Below, piece after piece: positions 15,801-25,674 of a stretch of 34,869 bases of DNA. The notes under the pieces were generated by a model, which did no database searches, was not told the DNA's origin, and saw nothing but the letters and a program-made list of their open reading frames with translations. The translations under genes and the position numbers were made by a program. How positions within the stretch are numbered: position 1 is the stretch's first letter; every line of letters starts with the position of its first letter. This stretch comes from a virus (taxonomy: Duplodnaviria; Caudoviricetes): the IMG/VR virus record IMGVR_UViG_3300039208_000119, positions 1 through 34,869 of that record. One strand, 5' to 3'.

Positions 15801-16994
15801 ATGGCTTATACAGCAACTACGATTGACAGTATTACTAATGAGGTTTTGCGTCTGGCGCATGAAAAGGCTTCATTTATCGGTACTATTAATCGTCAATTCG
15901 ATGAGAACTTCGGTTCTTCAAGCGGTAAAATAGGCGATACATTACGTATTCGTCTACCGGCACAATATACAAGACGGCAGAATAGTCGTGTTATGGACGT
16001 GCAGGATTCAGTAGAACAAAATACAACTCTCGTTACTGCTACGCAGGACGGTGTTGATATGGCGTTTAACAGTCGTGAAATGAAATTAGACTTACAGGAG
16101 TTCTCTAAACAACATTTAGATTCTGCTGTTTCTACTCTTATTTCCGGCGTTGAATCTGACGTACTACAAGGTGTTACCAAAGAAGTTTATAACTTAGCTG
16201 GTACAGCAGGCACACCGCCTACTGATCTTGTAGCTACCGGCGCAGCCCGCGCAAAACTCAATCAGTTCCTAGCACCTAAAGACGGAAACCGTTGTATTCA
16301 GATGGATTCTGTAACTATGGGTGGTTTGGTCAACGGCCTGAAAGGTTTGTTCCAGGATTCCACACAGATCAAGGAACAGTATCGTGAAGGTATGGTTGGT
16401 CGCACAGCTATGGCTGATTTCTATGAAAATGAACGTGTTTATTACCATACTAACGGTTCTGACGTTACAGGCGTAACGCTTGACACCTATACAGTAACGG
16501 AAGGTGATACTTCTCTTACGGTAACTGGTTTATCCAGCGCACCTACGGAAGGTACAGTCTTTACGATTGCAGGTGTTAATGCAATTCACCCTGAAACTAA
16601 GGCTGACTATGGTTATCTGAAGCAGTTTGTTGTCGGATCAGGCGCAACTACAACTAACATTCCTTTCACCCCTGCGATTTATTCCAGCGTAAGTGAAGGA
16701 AGACAGAACGTATCTGCGTTACCTGCAACTACAGCAGCATTAACTTTTGTTGGTTCTGCTTCAACTGCTTATGCTCAGAACTTAATGTACCATAAAGATG
16801 CTTTCACATTCGCTACTGCTGAACTACCTATGATGGGTGGCGCACATAGCTGTGGTGTAAAGACATGGGATGGTATCAGTGTCAGAGTATGGCAGGATAC
16901 AGACATTCGGAACGATGAACTCTTAACTCGTATTGATATATTGTACGGGTTTAAAGCGATTCGCCCGGACTGGGCTTGCAGAATTACCTCCTAG
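15801..16994 (+). CDS. Major capsid protein (P22 coat-like)
   Basis: KIGDTLRIRLP, GTVFTIAGV, RIDILYG...RPDWACR motifs; GGAGG RBS. Confidence 0.93.
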   Translation: MAYTATTIDSITNEVLRLAHEKASFIGTINRQFDENFGSSSGKIGDTLRIRLPAQYTRRQNSRVMDVQDSVEQNTTLVTATQDGVDMAFNSREMKLDLQEFSKQHLDSAVSTLISGVESDVLQGVTKEVYNLAGTAGTPPTDLVATGAARAKLNQFLAPKDGNRCIQMDSVTMGGLVNGLKGLFQDSTQIKEQYREGMVGRTAMADFYENERVYYHTNGSDVTGVTLDTYTVTEGDTSLTVTGLSSAPTEGTVFTIAGVNAIHPETKADYGYLKQFVVGSGATTTNIPFTPAIYSSVSEGRQNVSALPATTAALTFVGSASTAYAQNLMYHKDAFTFATAELPMMGGAHSCGVKTWDGISVRVWQDTDIRNDELLTRIDILYGFKAIRPDWACRITS

Positions 16995-17053
16995 TAGGTA
17001 ATTGATTATTAACGACTTTCTCCCCTTCGGGGGAGAGTTAATGGAGGTAAAAA

Positions 17054-17299
17054 ATGGCACAACCAACTGAATATGAACAGGTAACGTATAACGACAGCGA
17101 GGGAGCGCAAATCGGTAAATCTTCTTCTGAGAAGGTTGCTTTTTACGGCGCAACTCCGGCTGCTCAACGTGCGTATACCGCTGCTGTTCATGCGACAAGC
17201 GCGTTAGCTTCAAGTTCCGACTTCGGAGCTACGCAGTTAGCTGCTGTTCAGGAAATCCAAAATACCTTAACAGGTTTGGGAATCTGGGCGACAGCGTAA
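17054..17299 (+). CDS. Small putative head-associated protein
   Basis: GAQIG...EKVAFYGATP...L.GLG motif; follows coat. Confidence 0.7.
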   Translation: MAQPTEYEQVTYNDSEGAQIGKSSSEKVAFYGATPAAQRAYTAAVHATSALASSSDFGATQLAAVQEIQNTLTGLGIWATA

Positions 17300-17304
17300 C
17301 GGAT

Positions 17305-17326
17305 AGCCCCCGAAAGGGGGCTTCTT
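17305..17326 (+). terminator. Probable leaky intrinsic terminator
   Basis: AGCCCCC-GAAA-GGGGGCT followed by TCTT (weak U tract). Confidence 0.6.
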
Positions 17327-17339
17327 ACATAAGGATAAT

Positions 17340-18089
17340 ATGAGTTATTATCAGGAAAGGGATTTTCTTGTTGAGGTAGAGAAAGGTAATATTCAAGGCC
17401 ACTCTATTATTCACAAGTTCGGGAGAAATTCTGATCAGGACTCTGCTGATTTACCAGCTGATATATGGGATGGAGGCGGAGGTGGCGGAGCTTACACAGG
17501 TTTTCCGACACAAGCAGAAACAGTAACAGTAGTATCGAGTAGTGCAAGCGACACAGGAACTTTATTTATATCAGGATTGGATACTGACTGGAATATAGTT
17601 TCTGAAACAATAACACTTAACGGCACTACTAACGTAATATCTTCAAATACTTACAGAAGAATTAACAGAGCTTATAACACAGGCAGTTCTGATTTTGTAG
17701 GTAATGTTACCTGTAATCATACAACTACAACAGCTAATGTGTTCTTTGTAATACCTACAGCACTTCCTGACCCTAACCAGACACAGATAGCCGCTTACAC
17801 TATCCCTGCAGGATATACAGCGTATTTAGTCCATATAAGAGCGTCTTTATACGGAACAGAAGCAAACAGGTGTAAAGGTGGTTTCTTTGTAAGGAACTTC
17901 GGAGAAGTATTCAGAATGAATGTTCCTTTTACAATCACAGGAACTAAAGATTTTAATGAGGATTTTGTAGGTGGAATCCCATACGTAGCTAAAACTGACT
18001 TGGTTATGAGAATGTTTGCTGCAAGTGCTAATAATTTAGAGGTTATAGGAAGATTTGACTTATTGTTAGTAGATAATAACAATTTATGA
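17340..18089 (+). CDS. Putative virion protein
   Basis: HKFG.N...IW, SGLD.DW...SE...LNGTT, YTIPAGYT motifs. Confidence 0.65.
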   Translation: MSYYQERDFLVEVEKGNIQGHSIIHKFGRNSDQDSADLPADIWDGGGGGGAYTGFPTQAETVTVVSSSASDTGTLFISGLDTDWNIVSETITLNGTTNVISSNTYRRINRAYNTGSSDFVGNVTCNHTTTTANVFFVIPTALPDPNQTQIAAYTIPAGYTAYLVHIRASLYGTEANRCKGGFFVRNFGEVFRMNVPFTITGTKDFNEDFVGGIPYVAKTDLVMRMFAASANNLEVIGRFDLLLVDNNNL

Positions 18090-18802
18090 AAAAGGTAGTT
18101 TTTTGTATTCCAACGGTACAGAAACCTTTTAAAGAGTGTTTGGATAGTTTAAGGGAATCAGTACCCTTATTTGAGGATGCCGGATATGAACACTATATGG
18201 TATCAGAAGTAGGCAATCCTTATATTTCATCTGCAAGGTCATTCATGCTTAAAAAAGCGTTAGATGCCGGAGCAGATATTATAGTATTTATAGACCATGA
18301 TGTATCTTGGGATGATAAAGATCTTTTAAAATTGGTTCAGACTGAAGGTGAAGTATGTGTCGGAACTTACAGATTTAAAAAGGATGAGGTTGAATATATG
18401 GGGCAAGTCCTTACAGATGCTAACCATTATCCTATCGTAAGAGAGAGTGACGGGGCGATAAGCGCTTTCTGCGCTCCCGCAGGGTTTTTAAAAGTAACCA
18501 GAAGGGCAATTAATATATTTATAGAAAATTACCCTAATTTGTGTTACGGAGACAGGACTTCTCCACATATAGATTTATTTAATCATGGTGCGTATAACCA
18601 TGTATGGTACGGAGAAGACTACGCTTTCTGCCGTAACTGGCTTGCCACTAAAAACCCGATATGGCTAGTACCTGATTTAAACATTAATCATCACACTAAA
18701 GACAAAGTTTATGAGGGTAATTACCATAAGTTTCTATTAAAACAACCGGAAGGATCAGATTCAGATAATCCTGTTCCGCCTGACGAGAGGAAACCTAAAT
18801 GA
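18086..18802 (+). CDS. GT-A fold glycosyltransferase (GT2-like)
   Basis: VVFCIP, FIDHD (DxD), GF and GEDYAFC motifs. Confidence 0.8.
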   Translation: MKKVVFCIPTVQKPFKECLDSLRESVPLFEDAGYEHYMVSEVGNPYISSARSFMLKKALDAGADIIVFIDHDVSWDDKDLLKLVQTEGEVCVGTYRFKKDEVEYMGQVLTDANHYPIVRESDGAISAFCAPAGFLKVTRRAINIFIENYPNLCYGDRTSPHIDLFNHGAYNHVWYGEDYAFCRNWLATKNPIWLVPDLNINHHTKDKVYEGNYHKFLLKQPEGSDSDNPVPPDERKPK

Positions 18803-19035
18803 TAGTATTTATGTCGCACGAGTTACACGGATTTACTCATGCTTATTCGCCACAAGAAGTTAAAGCAAACCAGAAGAACGGATGGAAGATAGCGTCTGAA
18901 CACAAACCTGAGAAAAAAGAAAAAGAAGTTCCCACTGATGAACTGAAAGCGAAGTATTTTAAAGTGTTTGGCAAGAAACCACATCACATGATGAATAGAC
19001 ACAATATAGCTAAAGCAATTAAAGAGGTAGAGTAA
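18799..19035 (+). CDS. Hypothetical protein
   Basis: ATGA overlap; Y...FGKKPHHMM motif. Confidence 0.65.
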   Translation: MIVFMSHELHGFTHAYSPQEVKANQKNGWKIASEHKPEKKEKEVPTDELKAKYFKVFGKKPHHMMNRHNIAKAIKEVE

Positions 19036-19745
19036 TGCCAACCGCCAATGATATGATTTCAAGGGCTTTGCGCCTTATAGGGGTTAAAGGACAAGGAACC
19101 AGAACCTTAACTGCTAATGAAGCTGCTGATGGGTTAAATGCTTTAAATACCATGTTAGATTCATGGTCTATAGATAGAGCTAAAATCTATCAGTTATTAA
19201 CAGAAACCCATACTTTAGTTGTGGGAACTGCTGATTATTCTATTGGCACTGGCGGCGATATTTCCACTACACGCCCTACAAGAATAGAACAGGCTTTTAT
19301 CCGTGATTCTGCAGGTTATGACTACCCTGTAACTATTATTAATAAGAAAGCCTATGATATGGTTACGTTAAAAACTACGCAATCACGTCCTAAATATCTG
19401 TATTATGATGAGATATTCCCTTTAGCTTTTATAAGGCTGGTTTATACGCCATCTGATACGGATGTACTGCATTTTACATCATGGAAGCAAATGCAGCAGT
19501 TTTCTACAGGAACCACAGCGTTAGCTATGCCTCCTGGTTATCAGAGAGCAATAGAATTTAATTTAGCGTTGGAGTTACAACCTGAATACAACCCCGATTT
19601 AGATGTAAGCCCTGCTACAAGAGAAATAGCAAGGGAATCTTTATCTAAGATAACAGGTATAAATCAGGATACGCCGGTTATGGATGTAACTGACCCGATT
19701 ATAACCATTGAAGGAAGATCACACAGGAATATATTTACAGGATGA
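19035..19745 (+). CDS. Head-tail adaptor (P22 gp4-like)
   Basis: TANDMISRALRLIG...DGL.ALN.M..SW and PPGY.RA..FNLA.EL.PEY. Confidence 0.8.
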   Translation: MPTANDMISRALRLIGVKGQGTRTLTANEAADGLNALNTMLDSWSIDRAKIYQLLTETHTLVVGTADYSIGTGGDISTTRPTRIEQAFIRDSAGYDYPVTIINKKAYDMVTLKTTQSRPKYLYYDEIFPLAFIRLVYTPSDTDVLHFTSWKQMQQFSTGTTALAMPPGYQRAIEFNLALELQPEYNPDLDVSPATREIARESLSKITGINQDTPVMDVTDPIITIEGRSHRNIFTG

Positions 19746-21139
19746 GAACTGATTTTTTAGGTGTTGGTGTTATGGCTAAATCAGCTAATGTAACATCACA
19801 GACAAGAAAGAACATGTATCTTGATATGCAACCTGCAGGACAGGATAAGATACGTGTTTCTGCTCATCCTACACCTGGATTAGATTCTTTCCTTGATTTT
19901 GGTGAAACCCCTGTCAGAGGCATTTATGAAAAAGACAACCTTTTATATATAGTACATAGAAATACTTTATGGGAGGCTAATAACGCAGGAACCACTACTA
20001 ATCGTGGTACGTTAGATACTTCTTCAGGAAGGGTTTCTATTATTGATAATGGTACTGAAATAAACATAGTTGACGGCGAGTTCGGTTATATATATACGAT
20101 AGCGACCACAACACTGACAAAAATAACGGATGGAGACTACTCAACATCGCCACAGACAACTACTTTTAATGATGGTTATTTTATATATTCCCAAAGTATG
20201 TCAGGGCAATTTGCAATATCTTCTTTGTATGCAGGATTGACTTATAGTGCTACGGACTTTGCAACTGCTGAATCTAATCCTGATAACTTAGTAAGAGTTG
20301 AGGAAGATAGCGGTAATATCGTGTTGTTCGGCGAAGATACGACCGAGTTTTGGGCTAATACAGGAGAACTGGATTTTCCTTACTCAAGAATTGCCGGTAC
20401 GGATATGGAATGGGGGTTAGCTGCAAGATGGTCAGTAGCTAAGTTTAAAAATTCTCTAATGTTTCTTGGAAAAAGCAGAGAAGGAGAAGTAAGGGTAATT
20501 CATTTAAACGGATATAACCCTGTTCCGGTATCACATAGTGATTTGGAATCTATATTTAACTCAGCTGCTACTAGTAATGCTTCAGCTTTTTCCTATATGG
20601 TTAACGGACATAGTATGTATCAGATTACCTTTCCTAATGTGGGGAGGACTTTTGTTTATGATGCTACAAGCGAAGTATGGCATGAAATGACTTCAGGCGG
20701 TGGCAGGCATAGAGCAGAGATGGGTGTTAACTTTATAGACACTAAAGTAGTTACTGATTATGAAAATGGAAAGGTTTACAGGTTTAACAAAGATACCAGA
20801 ACAGATAACGGAACTACGATTATCAGGGAAATAACAGGAAGACATTATGAAACTGATATGGATGATTTCACTGTTAAGCAATTCCATCTGGATGCTGAAA
20901 TAGGTGTTGGGTTAGAAACAGGCCAAGGCTCTGATCCGCAAGTTATGATGCAATATTCTACGGATGGAGGTCATAAGTGGTCAGAGGAATTATGGACTAC
21001 GCTTGGCAAGATAGGCGAATTTGCAGCAAGAGCTGAATGGTGGCAGCTAGGCAAGGGAAGAAACTTTACAATAAGGGTAAGGGTATCTGATCCTGTTAAA
21101 TTTGTCTGTACCGGAGCCGGATTAAAGGTAGCAGCGTAA
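19742..21139 (+). CDS. Packaged-DNA stabilisation / tail hub protein (P22 gp10-like)
   Basis: TPGL, DNG, AESNPD, FG..TTEFW and S.DGGH.WS motifs; position. Confidence 0.85.
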   Translation: MRTDFLGVGVMAKSANVTSQTRKNMYLDMQPAGQDKIRVSAHPTPGLDSFLDFGETPVRGIYEKDNLLYIVHRNTLWEANNAGTTTNRGTLDTSSGRVSIIDNGTEINIVDGEFGYIYTIATTTLTKITDGDYSTSPQTTTFNDGYFIYSQSMSGQFAISSLYAGLTYSATDFATAESNPDNLVRVEEDSGNIVLFGEDTTEFWANTGELDFPYSRIAGTDMEWGLAARWSVAKFKNSLMFLGKSREGEVRVIHLNGYNPVPVSHSDLESIFNSAATSNASAFSYMVNGHSMYQITFPNVGRTFVYDATSEVWHEMTSGGGRHRAEMGVNFIDTKVVTDYENGKVYRFNKDTRTDNGTTIIREITGRHYETDMDDFTVKQFHLDAEIGVGLETGQGSDPQVMMQYSTDGGHKWSEELWTTLGKIGEFAARAEWWQLGKGRNFTIRVRVSDPVKFVCTGAGLKVAA

Positions 21140-21396
21140 TGGCTGTAATTAATACTCCGCCGGCGCAAAGCCCGTTTGATGAGAATGGCGTTGTAAGACC
21201 AGCATGGAGAGAGTGGTGTAAACAGGTTTACCTGATAGCGCATAGTACAAGTCAAAGTGGAACTACAGCACAAAGACCGCCTATAAAATATGTAGGACAG
21301 TTTTATTTTGATAAGGATTTAGGGAGTAATGGAAAACCAATATGGGCTAACAAAAACGGCGACGGATGGGTACTCGCAGACGGAACTACTGCATAA
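21139..21396 (+). CDS. Small tail-associated protein
   Basis: SGTTAQRP..VGQFYFD.DLG..KPIW..W motif. Confidence 0.7.
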   Translation: MAVINTPPAQSPFDENGVVRPAWREWCKQVYLIAHSTSQSGTTAQRPPIKYVGQFYFDKDLGSNGKPIWANKNGDGWVLADGTTA

Positions 21397-21754
21397 ATAC
21401 TTCGTATATAACAATATACGGGATGATGTAGAGGAAGAAACTTTTGAAGAATGGCTGAAATCTGCGGAAGAATGGAAAACTCAGCCTGTATTAGGTGAGA
21501 ATAATAAGTTAATAGCTGTAGTAATGATAAGGGAAAATGAAATTCATGTTTCCATAGATCAGAGTTACAGAGGTAAGTGGTTAAACAGAGGAATCATAAG
21601 AGATATTATCGGCAGATTATTTTACGAGTACGGGACTGTTAAAACCTGTACTACATGGGGAAACAAAGAAGCGGAGAATTTTGTGTCAAGACTTGGATTT
21701 AAACCTAATCTGATAAATTGGGTTCTGGAGGATTATAAATGGAACAGGCGATAG
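21329..21754 (+). CDS. GNAT-like fold protein (position of P22 gp14)
   Basis: EIHV.I...RGKW and N..A.NFV.RLGF; 68-nt overlap with the upstream gene, start uncertain. Confidence 0.6.
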   Translation: MENQYGLTKTATDGYSQTELLHKYFVYNNIRDDVEEETFEEWLKSAEEWKTQPVLGENNKLIAVVMIRENEIHVSIDQSYRGKWLNRGIIRDIIGRLFYEYGTVKTCTTWGNKEAENFVSRLGFKPNLINWVLEDYKWNRR

Positions 21755-22503
21755 GAACAGCAGTAGGTGGAGGAACTTCAGTAGGTGGAGGACTTTTAGG
21801 GAAAGGCTCTGTTAAAAAGGCGCGTAAACGTGCTGTACGGCAATTACATCATGCTGATACTGCTCTACAGGCGGGTATGGAGCAGTCTCTTGATGCTATA
21901 GATACAGGGCAGGATGAGGCAAGCGCAGAATTAGAGGCATACGCAGGGTTAGGCACAGGTTCTCTTGCTAAACTTGCCTATGGTTTAGGTTTTGATGTTC
22001 CTGGTTTTGATACAACCGGTCTACAGCGTGGTAGTCTACTTAAAAACTTTGATGAAGCTGAGTTCAGGAAAGATCCTGGATACGAATTTGTAAGAGATGA
22101 AGGTTTAAGAGGTATTGAACGAGGTGCTTCTGCAAGAGGTAGTGTTTTATCAGGCAGGACGTTAAAAGCACTAACAAGATTTAATCAGGGGCTTGCTGAC
22201 CAACAATATCAACGCTCCTATGACAGATATAATCAGGACAGAAAACTACAATCCGAGTTATTAAGTGGCGTAGGCAGAATGGGGTTGGATGCAAGCGCAA
22301 GGAGAGCAGGATACGCATTTGACGCAGGACAGAGCAGAGCTAATACTATTACAGGAAGATATAATTCATTAGCCGGTCTTCATGCTGATTTAGGCGGATT
22401 ACAGGCGAACCTTGCTTTACGTAGCGGTAATTTTGCGAGAGATGCTTTAAGTGGTGTAGGCAATTCACTTCAGAGTGGATTTAGCTCATTCTTTAGTAAA
22501 TAG
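21739..22503 (+). CDS. DNA ejection/transfer protein (P22 gp7-like)
   Basis: Gly-rich N-terminus; DPGYEF..EG.R.....A.ARG...SG..LKAL..F.QGLA.Q.Y. Confidence 0.75.
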   Translation: MEQAIGTAVGGGTSVGGGLLGKGSVKKARKRAVRQLHHADTALQAGMEQSLDAIDTGQDEASAELEAYAGLGTGSLAKLAYGLGFDVPGFDTTGLQRGSLLKNFDEAEFRKDPGYEFVRDEGLRGIERGASARGSVLSGRTLKALTRFNQGLADQQYQRSYDRYNQDRKLQSELLSGVGRMGLDASARRAGYAFDAGQSRANTITGRYNSLAGLHADLGGLQANLALRSGNFARDALSGVGNSLQSGFSSFFSK

Positions 22504-22511
22504 GAATAATT

Positions 22512-23837
22512 ATGGCATTTGAGATAAGAGAAGGCTGGAAACCGATGAATGTTAACCCTATGGACTTCAGGGTTAAACAGTCTCAGGTTGATGTTAATAA
22601 TGCAAGGGTTAGTGCTTACAGAAAAGCCAGTAAGAAAGATGAACAGGCGGCTTTATTAGACGAACAACGTAAGAAAACATTTACTGATGTTATAAGAGAT
22701 AATCCCGATTTAGATGAATTAGGTAGACTAAGGGCTGTTAGTGTTGCTTACATGGCACAAGGTGACTATGAAGGCTACAACATGGTCAAAAAGCTTGAGC
22801 GGGATCAGGTTAAGTTTAATACGGAAGCTAAAGCAAAACAGGCACAACAACAAAAAAGATGGGCAGAAATATCTGATATAGGCGCTACACAGTTAGCTCT
22901 AACTCCTACTATGGATAACGCTAAACTTATTCTTAATCAGTGGGAGCAGATGGGGAACCCTGCTTCAAAGATATTAAAACAGGCTATAGATGAAAACCCT
23001 GATGCTACACCGGAACAGATAAAACAATTTGCTTTGTTTTATGTTTCTCCCGAAAGGAAAAAACAGCACTTTGAAGACTTAGGCGGTACTAAGGAACAGA
23101 CTAATTTACTGTCTCCTGGGATGACTTTAGATAAGTCCGTTACCCCTAAAGACCAATATGCGATAGATAATCCTACAGCTGCAGCACCTAGCAAGTATCC
23201 TGCATGGGAAAAGGTAAGAACGCCACAAGGGATTTTCTATCATAATAAATTTACCAATGAAACTGTTGCTGCTGTAAGTCCTGAAGGCGAACATTTACAA
23301 CACGCTTTAGATGATCCTGATACCAGAGGCGAGGTTAAACAAGCTCAATCTGAAGGTAAAGAAGTAGGGGAAGCTACAGGTAAAGCTAAGATTAACCTTC
23401 CTGTGGTGGAAGAACAATCTAAGTTTATGCTACGCCATATAGATGAAATGATAGGATCTAAAGACGGTAAAATAAAGCCACACGCAGGATTTCAGGACTT
23501 TGTAGGGGCTACATGGAAGCCAGGCGCAAGATTCATTGAAGGTTCTGACGCTGCAAGTTTCCAGGCAAGGCATGAACAGGTAAAAGGTGAAGCATTTAAA
23601 GAGGCTTTCCAGTCTCTGAAAGGTGGCGGACAAATCAGTAATGTGGAAGGTGAAGCTGCTACCAAAGCATTAAACAGAATGGATAAAGCGCAGAGTGAGA
23701 AAGAATATAAAGCTGCAGCAAGGGATTTTCAGAAAGAAATAAGGGTTCTGGTTAAACTTGCAAAGAAACGCGCTAAAGCATCCAAAGTAAATAACTTTGT
23801 TAAAGGTAAAAACAAAGTAATAGAAGTGGATTGGTAA
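22512..23837 (+). CDS. Putative DNA ejection protein 2
   Basis: Helical composition; LKGGGQISNVEG motif; position. Confidence 0.6.
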   Translation: MAFEIREGWKPMNVNPMDFRVKQSQVDVNNARVSAYRKASKKDEQAALLDEQRKKTFTDVIRDNPDLDELGRLRAVSVAYMAQGDYEGYNMVKKLERDQVKFNTEAKAKQAQQQKRWAEISDIGATQLALTPTMDNAKLILNQWEQMGNPASKILKQAIDENPDATPEQIKQFALFYVSPERKKQHFEDLGGTKEQTNLLSPGMTLDKSVTPKDQYAIDNPTAAAPSKYPAWEKVRTPQGIFYHNKFTNETVAAVSPEGEHLQHALDDPDTRGEVKQAQSEGKEVGEATGKAKINLPVVEEQSKFMLRHIDEMIGSKDGKIKPHAGFQDFVGATWKPGARFIEGSDAASFQARHEQVKGEAFKEAFQSLKGGGQISNVEGEAATKALNRMDKAQSEKEYKAAARDFQKEIRVLVKLAKKRAKASKVNNFVKGKNKVIEVDW

Positions 23838-25672
23838 TGGATATTAAGACTAAAGACGGTATATTACTTAAGAATGTTCCTGATGGTACACCGGAGGAAG
23901 AAATAAAGGCGCGTCTTCAATCTATTCGCTCCGGTAATACGCATCCTACAGACTCTATTCCTGATTCTGAAAGGCACCAGTTTCAGATAAAAGGAGAACA
24001 TGAGCCTTTAGAGTTGCAAAAAAGACCGGATATGATGACAAGAATAAAGAATGATGCGATACGTCATTATATAGGCATATCTGAATTACTTACTGACCCG
24101 CTTTTATTAGGCGCTCATATTACGGATAGGATTGCAGGAACTAATTCCGCTGTAAGTATACAATCTAAGATTGATGCTCTTAATAAGATAAAGGATGAAG
24201 CTAAAAAAGCGAACAGAGTAGAAGGCTTTGATTTCTTAAGCAAGGGTGGCAAGTTCGGAACTACTATGTTAGGGCTTGGCAAGCTTAAAATAGCTCAGAC
24301 TCTATGGGGAAAAGGTCTTCAAGGGGTTGGTATTGGTGGTTATTTTGGTGCTGCCGAATATAAACCGGAGGAAGGACAACCTTACTCATTAGCGGAAGCT
24401 GCAGAGTCCGGCGCTTACAGCGCCGCTATCGGTGGCGTTGCTGCTCCCGCTGCTCATGTAGGCGCTAAAGGGTATCAGGCAGGGAAACATTTATATCGTT
24501 ATCTGACTACAGGAGATCCTGGTTCTATTGCTGCAAGAGCGGCAGGCAAGGAAGCCCCCAAAGTTATTAAGGCATTAAGAACGTCTGAGAGTAGGATACC
24601 AGGCGCAGAATATACTGCAGGGCAGGCTTCAGTTAAAGCAGGTAGTCCGCAATTTGCCGCACTGGAAAAACACGTTACTAAAGAACGCCCTGAAATATTA
24701 GGTACTGCAGGAGTAAGAGGCAAACAGGAAGCAGCAAGAACCGCAGCTGTTAAGAAGATAGAAAGAGCCGGTGGCGGTAAGGAAGCTGCTAAAGCTGCAA
24801 GAAGGAAAGCTGCAAGCCCGTTATATCAGAAAGCTGAGAAGTCACAGAAGGAAGTTAATATTACTCCTGTAAAAAGAGAAATACATAATCTTCTTATTAA
24901 AAACGCTAACAGAAAGAGTGTTACTACTCCTTTGAATGATATTAAGAAAGCATTTAAAGGTGATATGACAGTTCAGAGGATGAAATCTTTATCTGAAGAT
25001 ATTGGCGATAAATTAAAGAAAAAGAATCCTGACGGTTCTCCTGAATTTAATGAAACAGTTCTCAGAAGTGTTAAAGCTAAACTCGATGACCAGATAGGAC
25101 TTGCAGATAAGAATTACAAAGCTGCAAGAGAAACATTTAAAGAATCATCTAAACCTGTCAATCAGGCGGAAGTAGGAGAAGAATTGCTTAAGAAACTCCG
25201 CTCTCCATTGGAAGAAGAAAGGGCAGGAGCATTTGTAACGATTGCCAAGAATTATATGAGTAAGATCAGTAGAGATACAGGCAAACCTATGTTAGATAGC
25301 TTAACTAAGGAGCAGAAGAAAACTGTATTTAATGTTATCAGGGATCTTACTAAAGATAAGAAATTATCTGTTATGTCTAAGGAAGGTTCAAGAGATATGA
25401 TGGAGCGTATTCAGTCATTTGAATTACCGTCTACCGGAATATTTAAACCTATTCTTTCTGCTGCGAGAGGGTGGTTTAATCAGGCTACCGGAAGGATAAC
25501 AGAGAAGGGAGTAAAGGAGTTAGGCGTGCTAATGAAACCTGAAAACAAGAAGAAATTAGCTGATTTAATGGAAAAATCTTCTCCTAAGCAGCAAGAAGAA
25601 TTATCTGAAATGTTACAGGCAATACTGGTAAGACCTATAGCAGTAACAAGCGCACAAGTTAAAGAGGAATAA
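23837..25672 (+). CDS. Putative DNA ejection protein 3
   Basis: Ala/Gly-rich segments, NVPDGT N-terminus, position before tail fibre. Confidence 0.6.
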   Translation: MDIKTKDGILLKNVPDGTPEEEIKARLQSIRSGNTHPTDSIPDSERHQFQIKGEHEPLELQKRPDMMTRIKNDAIRHYIGISELLTDPLLLGAHITDRIAGTNSAVSIQSKIDALNKIKDEAKKANRVEGFDFLSKGGKFGTTMLGLGKLKIAQTLWGKGLQGVGIGGYFGAAEYKPEEGQPYSLAEAAESGAYSAAIGGVAAPAAHVGAKGYQAGKHLYRYLTTGDPGSIAARAAGKEAPKVIKALRTSESRIPGAEYTAGQASVKAGSPQFAALEKHVTKERPEILGTAGVRGKQEAARTAAVKKIERAGGGKEAAKAARRKAASPLYQKAEKSQKEVNITPVKREIHNLLIKNANRKSVTTPLNDIKKAFKGDMTVQRMKSLSEDIGDKLKKKNPDGSPEFNETVLRSVKAKLDDQIGLADKNYKAARETFKESSKPVNQAEVGEELLKKLRSPLEEERAGAFVTIAKNYMSKISRDTGKPMLDSLTKEQKKTVFNVIRDLTKDKKLSVMSKEGSRDMMERIQSFELPSTGIFKPILSAARGWFNQATGRITEKGVKELGVLMKPENKKKLADLMEKSSPKQQEELSEMLQAILVRPIAVTSAQVKEE

Positions 25673-25674
25673 TT

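Noticed and set aside
16992-17002. Coat protein read-through or frameshift extension
   Set aside because: Tandem TAG TAG stops and further stops in other frames; no slippery site
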